Notes under the pieces: model-generated
The model's database searches: none
What the model saw: the letters and a program-made list of their open reading frames with translations, nothing else
What the model was told of the DNA's origin: nothing
Shown: one piece after another, positions 1 through 8,974 of the stretch
How the letters are laid out: the number at the start of each line of letters is the position of its first letter
Numbering within the stretch: the stretch's first letter is position 1
Program-made: the position numbers and the translations under genes
Assembly: GCA_013360215.1 (NCBI GenBank)
Contig: JABWCP010000029.1
Span: 1-41,032, forward strand
Origin: a bacterium
Lineage (GTDB): Bacteria; CLD3; SB21
DNA length: 41,032 nt
Reading direction: 5' to 3'

Positions 1-678
1 TTTGCGGTCATGGTAGAGATTAACTGCGAAACGGATTTCGTCGCTAAAAATGATGATTTCGTAAAATTTTCCAATAACGTATTGGCGCAAGTGCGTGATT
101 CGAAGCCGGCCAATCTGGACGCATTTTTATCTGCGCCGGCAGCCTTTGCTGCGGGTCAGACCATAGCGGATGCCGTGACCGGATTGACCGCTAAAATCGG
201 TGAAAAAATCGCCGTCAAACGCATTGCCGTGATCGAGAACAATCAAGGCGTTATTGCGGGTTATATTCACCCCGGTAATAAGTTGGGCGTACTTCTGCAG
301 CTCAATGTCGAAGGTTTTGCCGCAACAATGACTGCGGATGCGTATTCCGTTGCTTATGACATTGCTATGCAGGCGGCTGCGATGAATCCGACCTATATCC
401 ATCGCGAAGAAGTTCCGGCGGATGTGGTCGAAAAAGAATCGGCTATTCTCCGCGAACAGCTCAAAAACGATCCGAAAAATGCAAATAAACCGGACAATGT
501 TTTGACTAATATCATCAAAGGCCGCCTTGATAAATTTTATCAGGAAGTCTGTCTTGTTGACCAGGCGTTCGTAAAAGATCCCAATAAAATGATCAAAGAC
601 CTTGTTGCCGATCTCTCCAAAAAATTAGGCAAACCGGTAACGATCCGGAGATTTGAGCGCTTTCGCCTCGGCGAATAA
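1..678 (+). CDS. tsf: Elongation factor Ts (5' part lies outside the window)
   Basis: EINCETDFVA motif and C-terminal IRRFERFRLGE; frame is open from position 1; lies upstream of pyrH-frr. Confidence 0.97.
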   Translation, partial: FAVMVEINCETDFVAKNDDFVKFSNNVLAQVRDSKPANLDAFLSAPAAFAAGQTIADAVTGLTAKIGEKIAVKRIAVIENNQGVIAGYIHPGNKLGVLLQLNVEGFAATMTADAYSVAYDIAMQAAAMNPTYIHREEVPADVVEKESAILREQLKNDPKNANKPDNVLTNIIKGRLDKFYQEVCLVDQAFVKDPNKMIKDLVADLSKKLGKPVTIRRFERFRLGE

Positions 679-684
679 TCTTTT

Positions 685-717
685 AAAAGCCACGGATTTT
701 AATTCGTGGCTTTTTTT
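685..717 (+). terminator. Intrinsic terminator after tsf
   Basis: AAAAGCCACG...CGTGGCTTTT stem followed by a T tract. Confidence 0.8.
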
Positions 718-795
718 ATGTCCTTTTTATAATTTTACCTGCTTTCAATAGAAGTCCTGAACTGCAGGCGTATCGTAAATACAAGGAATCATACC

Positions 796-1518
796 ATGCC
801 CATGCCCATATTCAAACGAATCCTCCTCAAGCTCAGCGGCGAAGCGCTTATGGGTGAACAGGGATACGGAATCGATACCAAAGTGCTCGAACAGATAGCC
901 AAAGAAATCAAGGATGTCAAAGCCTTGGGCGTCGAAATCGCCATTGTAATCGGCGGTGGTAATATTTTTCGCGGCTTAGCGGCCAGTGCCAAAGGTATGG
1001 ATCGCGTATCGGCGGATCACATGGGTATGCTGGCAACAGTGATGAATTCGCTGGCATTACAGGATGCGTTGGAAAAACAAGGACTTTTTACGCGGATACT
1101 CAGTGCGATCAAAATGGAACAGGTTTGCGAGCCGTTTATTCGCCGTCGCGCGATACGCCATCTTGAAAAAGGTCGTATTGTAATCTTTGCGGCAGGCACC
1201 GGCAATCCGTATTTTACGACGGATACAGCGGCGTCATTGCGTGCGATCGAAGTGGAGGCCGATGTCATACTCAAAGGCACGCGGGTGGACGGCGTTTACG
1301 ATTCCGATCCGGAGAAAAACAAAGAAGCGTTCCGGTTTGAAAAGATCACTTATCTGGATGTGGTCAAAAAAGGACTCAACGTCATGGATATGACAGCGGT
1401 GACCTTGTGTATGGACAATAAACTTCCTATAGTGGTTTTCAATCTAAAAACGCAAGGCAATCTCCGCCGACTTGTACTCGGCGAAAATGTAGGAACACGC
1501 GTTCAGCAAGAACAATAA
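796..1518 (+). CDS. pyrH: UMP kinase
   Basis: [27 protein letters not shown] and GNPYFTTDT motifs; RBS AAGGA; synteny. Confidence 0.98.
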   Translation: MPMPIFKRILLKLSGEALMGEQGYGIDTKVLEQIAKEIKDVKALGVEIAIVIGGGNIFRGLAASAKGMDRVSADHMGMLATVMNSLALQDALEKQGLFTRILSAIKMEQVCEPFIRRRAIRHLEKGRIVIFAAGTGNPYFTTDTAASLRAIEVEADVILKGTRVDGVYDSDPEKNKEAFRFEKITYLDVVKKGLNVMDMTAVTLCMDNKLPIVVFNLKTQGNLRRLVLGENVGTRVQQEQ

Positions 1519-1556
1519 AAATCTAAAGAACCGAATTAAATAATTGAGGTGCTGTT

Positions 1557-2120
1557 ATGTACGACCTGAATAAGCAATATCACGAAACCGAAGAAAAAAT
1601 GAAAAAGAGCCTCGAGACGGTGCGCAATGAACTTGCTAAAATTCGCAGCGGCCGTGCGACGACGACACTTCTGGATGGTGTCAAAGTGGATTATTACGGC
1701 ACACCGACGCCACTCAATCAGGTTGGTAATGTTTCCGCGCCGGAAGCGCGATTGCTTACGGTACAACCATGGGAAAAAGGTATGGTTCCGGCTATCGAAA
1801 AAGCGATTCGTGAAGCGAATCTGGGTCTCAATCCGCAAAATGATGGCGCGTTGATTCGCATACCCATTCCGCCGCTCAACGAAGAACGTCGTAAAGAATT
1901 AGTCAAGCTCGGTAAAAAATATGCCGAAGAAGGAAAAGTGGCCGTTCGCAATGTACGTCGCGATGCCAATGAGCACTTCAAAAAAGCCGAAAAGGATCAT
2001 AAGATTTCAGAAGATGATTCCAAAGACGCGCAGGACAAAGTGCAAAAAATGACCGACAACTATATCAAAAAAATAGACGAAATGTTGTTAATCAAAGAAA
2101 AAGAAATCATGGAAGTTTAG
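1557..2120 (+). CDS. frr: Ribosome recycling factor
   Basis: IRSGRA, VDYYG, PPLNEERRKELVK and VRNVRRDAN motifs; RBS GAGGTG. Confidence 0.98.
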   Translation: MYDLNKQYHETEEKMKKSLETVRNELAKIRSGRATTTLLDGVKVDYYGTPTPLNQVGNVSAPEARLLTVQPWEKGMVPAIEKAIREANLGLNPQNDGALIRIPIPPLNEERRKELVKLGKKYAEEGKVAVRNVRRDANEHFKKAEKDHKISEDDSKDAQDKVQKMTDNYIKKIDEMLLIKEKEIMEV

Positions 2121-2263
2121 TGGACGTTGTGTTTCGTCAGAAGTGGATGCTCGCTGAAGATTTTGTGCAGATACAATATATTGTTAAGTACCTCAACATA
2201 TAAGCATTAACACGATCAAAGCGGGCATCATGCCGGTTAAACGGATAGGTTGATACGGCGCGT

Positions 2264-3496
2264 ATGTCAAATTTCTTTTTTACATCCAAAACCCGAACGA
2301 TCATACAATGGGAATTTACTCAGCGTGTGATTTCAAAGGGTTTTCTTTTTTCAGTCATTTTTATTCCTGTCATTATTCTTGCTTTTACATTATTACCGGT
2401 GTTTTTCGCCAATTCTAACGGCAATCGTATTTTTTCTGTCGGCGTATTTGATGCCACCCGGCGTTTGGGCGAAGATCTATCATCGAAGCTGCAAGATTTG
2501 ACGTATAGCGAAATTCAGCTCGTACCGTTGGCTTCGTCCAATGTGGAAGAGGCATTAGCAGAGGGTAAACGCCTTGCCAAGGAAGACGGAATTGATGCGG
2601 TGCTAGTTTTAACTGTGGATATGTTCACTCAGCGAAAAATAGAAATATATACCGACAACCGTACCGAGAATGCCGTACAGATAGAATTGTTAAAACAAGC
2701 GGTTGCCAGTCTGCTGATAGAATATCGTATGCGTGGTAAAAATTTTACACACGAAGAAATTCAAAACATCACCGCCCCGTTACAAGTAGACACATATAAA
2801 CTGGGTAGTGATCATGCCGCTTCGTTACAAAAATACATGACCGGCATTATTTTGGTTATGATGTTGTATTTTGCAATAGCCAATTCGGCCGGATCGTTTA
2901 TGCGGGGGCTATCTGAGGAAAAAAACAACCGTGTCATTGAAGTGCTTGTCGCCAGTGCCTCGCCGAGGGAAATCATGGCGGGTAAAGTCATCGGTCTCGG
3001 GTTAGTTGGGTTGTTGCAAATTGCAGTATGGACAACATTTGCCGTTATGTTAGGATCACGTAAAGAAATCGCTGCACTTTCTCCGGAGCTGCTACTTTTT
3101 TTTATTCTCTATTTTGTGATGGGTTATATGTTTTTTGCAGGAATCAATGCTTTGATCGGAGCTGTTTTCGCTTCAGATCAGGATATACAGCCCTTACAAG
3201 CGGTCATTTCGATGTTGGGTGTGGTGCCGGTAGCATTGGCGTTTTGGGTTATTGAAGCGCCATCCGATATCGCGATACGAATACTTTCATACGTTCCATT
3301 TCTTACGCCGACGATGATGATTCTTCGTATTATTGTATCCAATCCGCCGTGGTGGGAAATAGGGTTGACATTCATAACACTTTTTGTCGGTGTAGTCTTG
3401 GTGTTTCGTATGGCCGGTCGTTTATTTGAAATAAGTTTGCGGATGCATGGAAAAAAAATATCACTTCGCGAGATGATGCGATGGGCTCGGGCATAA
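2264..3496 (+). CDS. ABC-2 type transporter permease (NatB/YhaP-like)
   Basis: N-terminal TM, extracytoplasmic loop, EEKNNRVIEVL...MAGKVIG motif, several C-terminal TMs. Confidence 0.85.
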   Translation: MSNFFFTSKTRTIIQWEFTQRVISKGFLFSVIFIPVIILAFTLLPVFFANSNGNRIFSVGVFDATRRLGEDLSSKLQDLTYSEIQLVPLASSNVEEALAEGKRLAKEDGIDAVLVLTVDMFTQRKIEIYTDNRTENAVQIELLKQAVASLLIEYRMRGKNFTHEEIQNITAPLQVDTYKLGSDHAASLQKYMTGIILVMMLYFAIANSAGSFMRGLSEEKNNRVIEVLVASASPREIMAGKVIGLGLVGLLQIAVWTTFAVMLGSRKEIAALSPELLLFFILYFVMGYMFFAGINALIGAVFASDQDIQPLQAVISMLGVVPVALAFWVIEAPSDIAIRILSYVPFLTPTMMILRIIVSNPPWWEIGLTFITLFVGVVLVFRMAGRLFEISLRMHGKKISLREMMRWARA

Positions 3497-4092
3497 AAAA
3501 TAAAGTTACTACTTTAGCCATAAAAAACATGGTTTGCGATCGATGCATCCGCGTAGTTCGCGATGAATTGGCTAATATCGGCGTAAATGTGCGTCATGTC
3601 GAATTGGGTAAAGCGATCGTTGAAGGTAATCTAACTTTGCCGATGCAAAATAAACTACGAATGGTATTGACTCAAAATGGTTTTGAACTTCTTGAGGACA
3701 AACGTGCAAAAATCGTAGAGGAAATAAAAAATCAAATCGTGATCTATGTTCAAAAAAACGATGTCGAAAATAAAAATATTAAATTATCCGTACTCTTATC
3801 ACGCACGATCGGTCGTGATTATTCATATCTTTCCGGACTTTTTTCATCGGTAGAAGGGATCACCATAGAACGCTTTTTGATTTTGCAAAAGATTGAAAAA
3901 GTGAAAGAATGGCTAGCGTACGACGATCGGACGCTCAGTGAGATTTCTTATAAACTGGGTTACAGCAGTGTGCCTCATTTGTCCAAACAGTTTAAACAAA
4001 TAACAGGTTTAACGCCGACGGAATTTAAACAGCAAAACGATCATCGCCGAATTCCGTTGGACAAAATAAAAATGATCCATCGTGTCACATAA
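3481..4092 (+). CDS. AraC-family regulator with N-terminal HMA-like domain
   Basis: IKNMVCDRC (MxCxxC) N-terminus; C-terminal LGYSSVPHLSKQFKQITGLTPTEF AraC HTH. Confidence 0.88.
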   Translation: MGSGIKNKVTTLAIKNMVCDRCIRVVRDELANIGVNVRHVELGKAIVEGNLTLPMQNKLRMVLTQNGFELLEDKRAKIVEEIKNQIVIYVQKNDVENKNIKLSVLLSRTIGRDYSYLSGLFSSVEGITIERFLILQKIEKVKEWLAYDDRTLSEISYKLGYSSVPHLSKQFKQITGLTPTEFKQQNDHRRIPLDKIKMIHRVT

Positions 4093-4104
4093 GGGGAACC
4101 AACG

Positions 4105-4866
4105 ATGCGCCAAAAATATTATCTTGTATCCGGAGCCGGAACGGGTATCGGTCTTTCAATAGCCAAAAAATTAGCCGAACGCGCCGATCACAGCGTAATA
4201 CTCTGTGGTCGCCGACAGGACGTTTTAAGCGAGGCCATGCATCAACTTTCCAATACGCGCAATCATTCGATATTGGTGATGGATATACAAAATCCGGACA
4301 CGATAAAAAAAGCGGCTACCAATCTGGCTATACCGTATCTTGATGGTATTATTTCCAATGCCGGTATCGGAGGAGAAAATCAATATGGCGACGAAGATCG
4401 TTGGGATGCAATCATTGCAACCAATCTGACAGGCACGTATCATTTTGTTATTAATTTTCTACCAATCCTAAGAAAATCACCGAATACATATCGTCATATT
4501 GTTATTGTTTCGTCTATTTTAGCAAGACTCGGCGTGGCAAGGTATTCAGCCTATTGTGCAAGTAAAGCAGGTTTGCTCGGTCTTATGCGGAGCTGGGCGG
4601 TTGAGTTAGCTCCTGAGAAAATTTTGGTCAACGCGGTCTGCCCGGGCTGGGTCAATACAAAAATGGCACAGGATGGTATGGAAGGTATAGCTAAAAATAT
4701 CGGTGTAACGACGGAAGAATTTTATCGGATGGCTATGGAATCGGTGCCTTTGCGGAAAATGAGCGAACCGGAGGAGATAGCTGATCTAACTCATTATCTG
4801 GTAAAGCAACGCAGTATAACCGGCCAGACATTGGATATCAATAACGGTGCGATCATGAATAGCTAA
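4105..4866 (+). CDS. SDR-family oxidoreductase
   Basis: GAGTGIG, NAG, YCASK and VNAVCPG motifs. Confidence 0.93.
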   Translation: MRQKYYLVSGAGTGIGLSIAKKLAERADHSVILCGRRQDVLSEAMHQLSNTRNHSILVMDIQNPDTIKKAATNLAIPYLDGIISNAGIGGENQYGDEDRWDAIIATNLTGTYHFVINFLPILRKSPNTYRHIVIVSSILARLGVARYSAYCASKAGLLGLMRSWAVELAPEKILVNAVCPGWVNTKMAQDGMEGIAKNIGVTTEEFYRMAMESVPLRKMSEPEEIADLTHYLVKQRSITGQTLDINNGAIMNS

Positions 4867-4924
4867 GCTTCTATTTTTGTTGTTATTTTAAATAATGTGA
4901 GTTAGATTAAACTGTCTAAGATAA

Positions 4925-5455
4925 GTGAGTACGCTCATGAAATACAAAGTAACCACCGAACAAAAAGAGTACGACATCGAAGTCGTACCGCAAGGCGCAA
5001 GCTTCAAAGTGCGCGTAGGCAAATCTCCTGATATAGAAGAATTGGATGTAGATTTTCACACCGTAGGTCAGGGATCGGTTCATTCGATGCTGGTCAATGA
5101 CAAATCGTATCGTGTGATTATTGATAAAAAAATGCACAAACACGCCGTATATACTCGGCGTCATCGTTTTGAATTTAACGTCGAAGATGAACGCACATTT
5201 TTGATGCGTTCATTAATAGCCGGCTCCGGAGCTAAAGCGGCCGGTGAAGTAAAAGCGCCAATCCCCGGATTGGTCAGTAAGTTACTTTTGCAAGAAGGCG
5301 ACACGGTCAATCAAGGGCAAGGCGTACTGATACTTGAAGCGATGAAAATGGAAAATGAAATCAAAGCACCGATGGCCGGGAAGATTAAGAAGTTTCATGT
5401 GCAGGGCGGAAAAAATGTAGAAAAAGGGCAACCTTTGTTTGTAGTAGAACCATAA
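4925..5455 (+). CDS. Biotin carboxyl carrier protein (BT-like domain plus biotinyl domain); alternative ATG start at 4937
   Basis: EAMKMENEIKAP biotinylation motif. Confidence 0.9.
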   Translation: MSTLMKYKVTTEQKEYDIEVVPQGASFKVRVGKSPDIEELDVDFHTVGQGSVHSMLVNDKSYRVIIDKKMHKHAVYTRRHRFEFNVEDERTFLMRSLIAGSGAKAAGEVKAPIPGLVSKLLLQEGDTVNQGQGVLILEAMKMENEIKAPMAGKIKKFHVQGGKNVEKGQPLFVVEP

Positions 5456-5481
5456 CGTACGCGCTTCAAAGGTCTTGATAT

Positions 5482-6192
5482 ATGAATAAAAAATTCGAAC
5501 TCCCGCTATGTGATCAATGCCATTCACGGATTCACTCCGTTTTTGGTGATCTCAAAGACAGCGATGTCAAGTCGCTGAATGAAAATAAATGCGGCAATAT
5601 TTATAAAAAAGGCCAAGTGCTTTTTTATGAAGGCAACAAGCCGACGGGACTATTTTGTGTCAATAAAGGCAAGATAAAAACGTACCGCATCAATGCGGAC
5701 GGTAAAGAACAAATCATTCGGCTGGCCAAAGAAGGTGATGTTTTGGGATACAGCTCGCTCATTAGCGGCGATTTGTATTCGAGTTCGGCGGCTGTTATTG
5801 AGGATGCGATTATTTGTTATATACCGCGTAATGTGTTTTTGAACCTACTGGATTCCAATACGACATTTTCGATGAAGATGATCCGTCTGCTCTCGCATGA
5901 TCTCAAATCATCTGAAGATCGTGTCGTCAACTTGGCGCAGAATACCGTGCGCGAACGCCTCGCCGAAACATTACTTATGCTTGAAGAATTCGGAGGAACG
6001 GAAAACGACGGTAAAACACTTCGGACATCATTATCGCGTGAAGAAATAGCCAACATCGTCGGAACGGCCACGGAGACAACCATTCGGTTGTTATCGGAAT
6101 TTCGCAGCGACGGCTTGATTGAACTGGAAGGAAAACGTATCAAGATTGTGAACCGAGGTTTGCTACTCAAAGCCGCTAATGTTGAAGATTAA
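5482..6192 (+). CDS. Crp/Fnr-family transcriptional regulator with N-terminal Cys motif
   Basis: CDQC N-terminus, cNMP-binding-fold region, HTH SREEIANIVGTATETTIRLLS. Confidence 0.93.
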   Translation: MNKKFELPLCDQCHSRIHSVFGDLKDSDVKSLNENKCGNIYKKGQVLFYEGNKPTGLFCVNKGKIKTYRINADGKEQIIRLAKEGDVLGYSSLISGDLYSSSAAVIEDAIICYIPRNVFLNLLDSNTTFSMKMIRLLSHDLKSSEDRVVNLAQNTVRERLAETLLMLEEFGGTENDGKTLRTSLSREEIANIVGTATETTIRLLSEFRSDGLIELEGKRIKIVNRGLLLKAANVED

Positions 6193-6198
6193 AAAGTT

Positions 6199-6786
6199 TT
6201 AAAATAGAAAAAATTTTAGAACCAATAAATTATAACAGACAGCCAGCGCTACAAACGTTGGCTGTTCGCTTTTGATCGCGGTGTATATGTCAAATCGGAA
6301 TTTGGGGTGATGGATGTCTTCATATATCGTACGGTATTTTGGAATAAGCCGCGGCGTCAATTGGGAGTATAATTCATAATCTGTGCCGAATTTTTTACGC
6401 AGATATGTTTCTTCATAAATAACGATACAGTAATAAATCATTCCAAAAAAAATAAATACGCAAGGTATTGCGAGTATCAAGAAAGAGTTTGACAAGGCGG
6501 TAAAACCTAAATATATTAAAATATTACCAGTATAGATCGGGTTTCTCATATGCGCGTATGGTCCGGATGTTATCAAAATAGGGGCCGTAACGCCGGAAAC
6601 GCGAGATTCCTTTCCGATATATCCCACAGCCATAATGCGTAACGATTCACCGATAACGATCAGTAACGTACCTGTAATAAATGGTATTGTGTCATAGGTG
6701 CCCGTTATAAAAAGAAAAATGTATAATGGTACGGGAGTAAAACTGCGAAATCTAAAAAAGACTTCCCCAAGTCTTGAAATTACCAT
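6199..6786 (-). CDS. ICMT/PEMT-family membrane methyltransferase (LmtA-like)
   Basis: LITSGPYAHMRNPIYTGN and EETYLRKKFG motifs; several TMs. Confidence 0.85.
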   Translation of the reverse strand: MVISRLGEVFFRFRSFTPVPLYIFLFITGTYDTIPFITGTLLIVIGESLRIMAVGYIGKESRVSGVTAPILITSGPYAHMRNPIYTGNILIYLGFTALSNSFLILAIPCVFIFFGMIYYCIVIYEETYLRKKFGTDYELYSQLTPRLIPKYRTIYEDIHHPKFRFDIYTAIKSEQPTFVALAVCYNLLVLKFFLF

Positions 6787-6816
6787 CGGTTAAGTTTATA
6801 TTTTATCTAGGTTAAG

Positions 6817-6832
6817 TGTGACACACATCACA
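6817..6832. promoter_or_regulatory. CRP/FNR-family binding site (TGTGA-N6-TCACA)
   Basis: TGTGAcacacaTCACA, a perfect consensus in a divergent intergenic region; TAATTT -10-like hexamer at 6854-6859. Confidence 0.7.
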
Positions 6833-6916
6833 GCATTGTAATTTATTCAAACTTAATTTACTCAAAAAATGCCAAAAGAATATCTTTTTCATCACAATAT
6901 TATAAGGAGAGACGGT

Positions 6917-8050
6917 ATGGAACTTAAGGCTGTATTAAGTCGGTTCCGCCAAATGGTCGGGTTGTCACTGATCGTTGCGGTATTTTCGCTCACTACGGTT
7001 GTTGCGCAAGGAACAACGAATGGAGTAACAATTACTCCGGAACCATTGACACCGTTCACCTTTACTTCGTTTCCTTTAAGCCTTTTGGGTATTGGCGGTT
7101 CCGATGCCAACTTATCTTCATTTAATAATTTCGGGTTGAGATTTGAGAATAATAGCGGATCTGTAAAAATAATAAGAATGGGAATAGACTTAAAAACGTC
7201 TCAAGGGTCGATATTTAATAAGAAATATATGGTGACCCTAACTATTCCCTCCGGTGTGCCGATTTTTGTAGGCGTTCCTCAGATATTGAACGGCAGTTTT
7301 GGTTCTATCAAAGCATCAAACAGGCAATCGATCAGCATCAGCGATGACTTCATGAAACAGATCAAAGGCGGATTTCCCAGCGGTCTTTTCACTTTTGACA
7401 TTAAAGCGGGTCTTGCCAATATTAATACTTATGATGGTCTGGATTATATGGGATCACTCCAGATTCAAGTTCTCGGAAATAGTCCCGTTGAAATCATTTC
7501 TCCGTCTTTTGGTTTTGAATCTGTAGACGGACTTCCTCAATTTGCATGGTCTGCGCAAGGTGCTACGAAATTCTTATTGACCATTGCACGTAAAAAGGGT
7601 TCACAATCGGATGAAGGCGCTATCAAATCTGTGGTACAACGCGCCGTGATCGAATTGGATAATGCTTTTTCATATCAATTACCTTCCGGTGGTCCTTCAA
7701 CCTCCAAAGAAAATAATCTTACTTGGGTACCCGGTTTGGAACCCGGTGATTATGTATTCCAAGTGACAGCTGTTATTCAAGATAATTTCACCGGTAAATC
7801 CCGCAATGTAGACAGCCCGATTCGGGCCTTTACGGTAAAAGAAACTATATCATCAACAGCCGGCCTCAATACGGAAGAAATCCTTGGCCTTTTGAATGAT
7901 GCGGCTAAAGGAGCGGTTAATTTCAAAGATCAACTCAAAGGTTTTAAAGCGGTTTCCATTACTATCAAAGGTAATACAGCAACGATCGATGATCTCCGCA
8001 CCGCTGTACAAAACTTACCGGAAGCGGTAAAATTTGAAATTAAACCGTAA
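6917..8050 (+). CDS. Secreted hypothetical protein, beta-rich (possible Ig/FN3-like domains)
   Basis: ATG at 6917 with AAGGAG RBS (ORF track starts at 6869); signal peptide ending VVA-Q. Confidence 0.75.
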   Translation: MELKAVLSRFRQMVGLSLIVAVFSLTTVVAQGTTNGVTITPEPLTPFTFTSFPLSLLGIGGSDANLSSFNNFGLRFENNSGSVKIIRMGIDLKTSQGSIFNKKYMVTLTIPSGVPIFVGVPQILNGSFGSIKASNRQSISISDDFMKQIKGGFPSGLFTFDIKAGLANINTYDGLDYMGSLQIQVLGNSPVEIISPSFGFESVDGLPQFAWSAQGATKFLLTIARKKGSQSDEGAIKSVVQRAVIELDNAFSYQLPSGGPSTSKENNLTWVPGLEPGDYVFQVTAVIQDNFTGKSRNVDSPIRAFTVKETISSTAGLNTEEILGLLNDAAKGAVNFKDQLKGFKAVSITIKGNTATIDDLRTAVQNLPEAVKFEIKP

Positions 8051-8092
8051 ACTTAAAGCAAATCTATAAAACAGAATTTGGAGTAAAAATAT

Positions 8093-8770
8093 ATGAAATC
8101 ATTCATGATCAAAATGACGGCGCTTTTGGCCTGTGTAGCTACGGTCATCACGGCGACGTTGTATTTGGCTGAAGCCAATGACGGCAAAGCGGTTGCGATC
8201 GTCGTCAAGTCCACCGGTAAAGCGCAAGCCAAACAAGGAAACAAATGGGTTGACGTGACTAAGGGATCAAGGCTTTTTTCGGGCGATAAAGTGGTAACCA
8301 AAGATGATGGTTTTGCCGCTGTGATGTTTCTTGATGATAAGAGCATTATCAAGCTTAAGCCCAATTCCAATCTCGAAGTTAAAGGCCAATATGAAGGTAA
8401 ATCCATTTCGAAAAACATTGTGATGGACGTCGGTGAACTTTTCGTGAAAGTATCCAAACAAAAAGGTTCTTTCCAAGTTGCAACACCAACCTCAGTCGCT
8501 TCGGTAAAAGGTACAGAATTTTGGGTGATTGAAAACACCAATGGTACAAAAGTTATCGGTATCGAAGGTTTGATCGAAGTTTTGAATAAAGCATCGAATA
8601 AAAAGCAAGACGTTTCGGCCGGTAATACTGCAAATTCGGATAAGTCCGGTAATTTGAACGTAGATACAACCAAGGAAAATGAGATTCCTGAAGACAAAGA
8701 TCTTGAAGAAATTATTATCAAATTTAGAGATAATGATGGCAAAGAAAAAGAAGTTAAGATTAAATACTAA
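8093..8770 (+). CDS. Secreted FecR-domain protein
   Basis: Signal peptide; GDKVVT, FLDDKSIIKL and FQVATPTSVASVKGTEFWV FecR motifs; RBS GGAG. Confidence 0.88.
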   Translation: MKSFMIKMTALLACVATVITATLYLAEANDGKAVAIVVKSTGKAQAKQGNKWVDVTKGSRLFSGDKVVTKDDGFAAVMFLDDKSIIKLKPNSNLEVKGQYEGKSISKNIVMDVGELFVKVSKQKGSFQVATPTSVASVKGTEFWVIENTNGTKVIGIEGLIEVLNKASNKKQDVSAGNTANSDKSGNLNVDTTKENEIPEDKDLEEIIIKFRDNDGKEKEVKIKY

Positions 8771-8792
8771 GATTGTAATTTAGAAGTTTTGT

Positions 8793-8832
8793 AAAAAACC
8801 GCTTGACTAAAGAGTCAAGCGGTTTTTTTTTT
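8793..8832 (+). terminator. Intrinsic terminator
   Basis: AAAAAACCGCTTGACT-aaag-AGTCAAGCGGTTTTTT followed by a T tract. Confidence 0.9.
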
Positions 8833-8974
8833 GACCTTTCTTATTGCCTAACGACGTCATTTCTATTAATTTATCGTTTACAAACCATTCTCATGCAGTA
8901 TTAACACTTGGCATTTCTTTAGACTAAAAAAGAGTCTTTTCTTTTTTTTATTTCACTTGGCGAGGAGAGAATTT

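Noticed and set aside
2120-2203. 27-codon GTG ORF overlapping the frr stop codon
   Set aside because: No recognisable motif or clear RBS; likely chance
8053-8742. 229-aa minus-strand ORF
   Set aside because: Antisense shadow of the FecR-domain gene
8921-8949. Weak hairpin plus T tract before the large surface protein gene (attenuator?)
   Set aside because: Only a 5-bp or AU-only stem; no recognisable riboswitch or leader peptide
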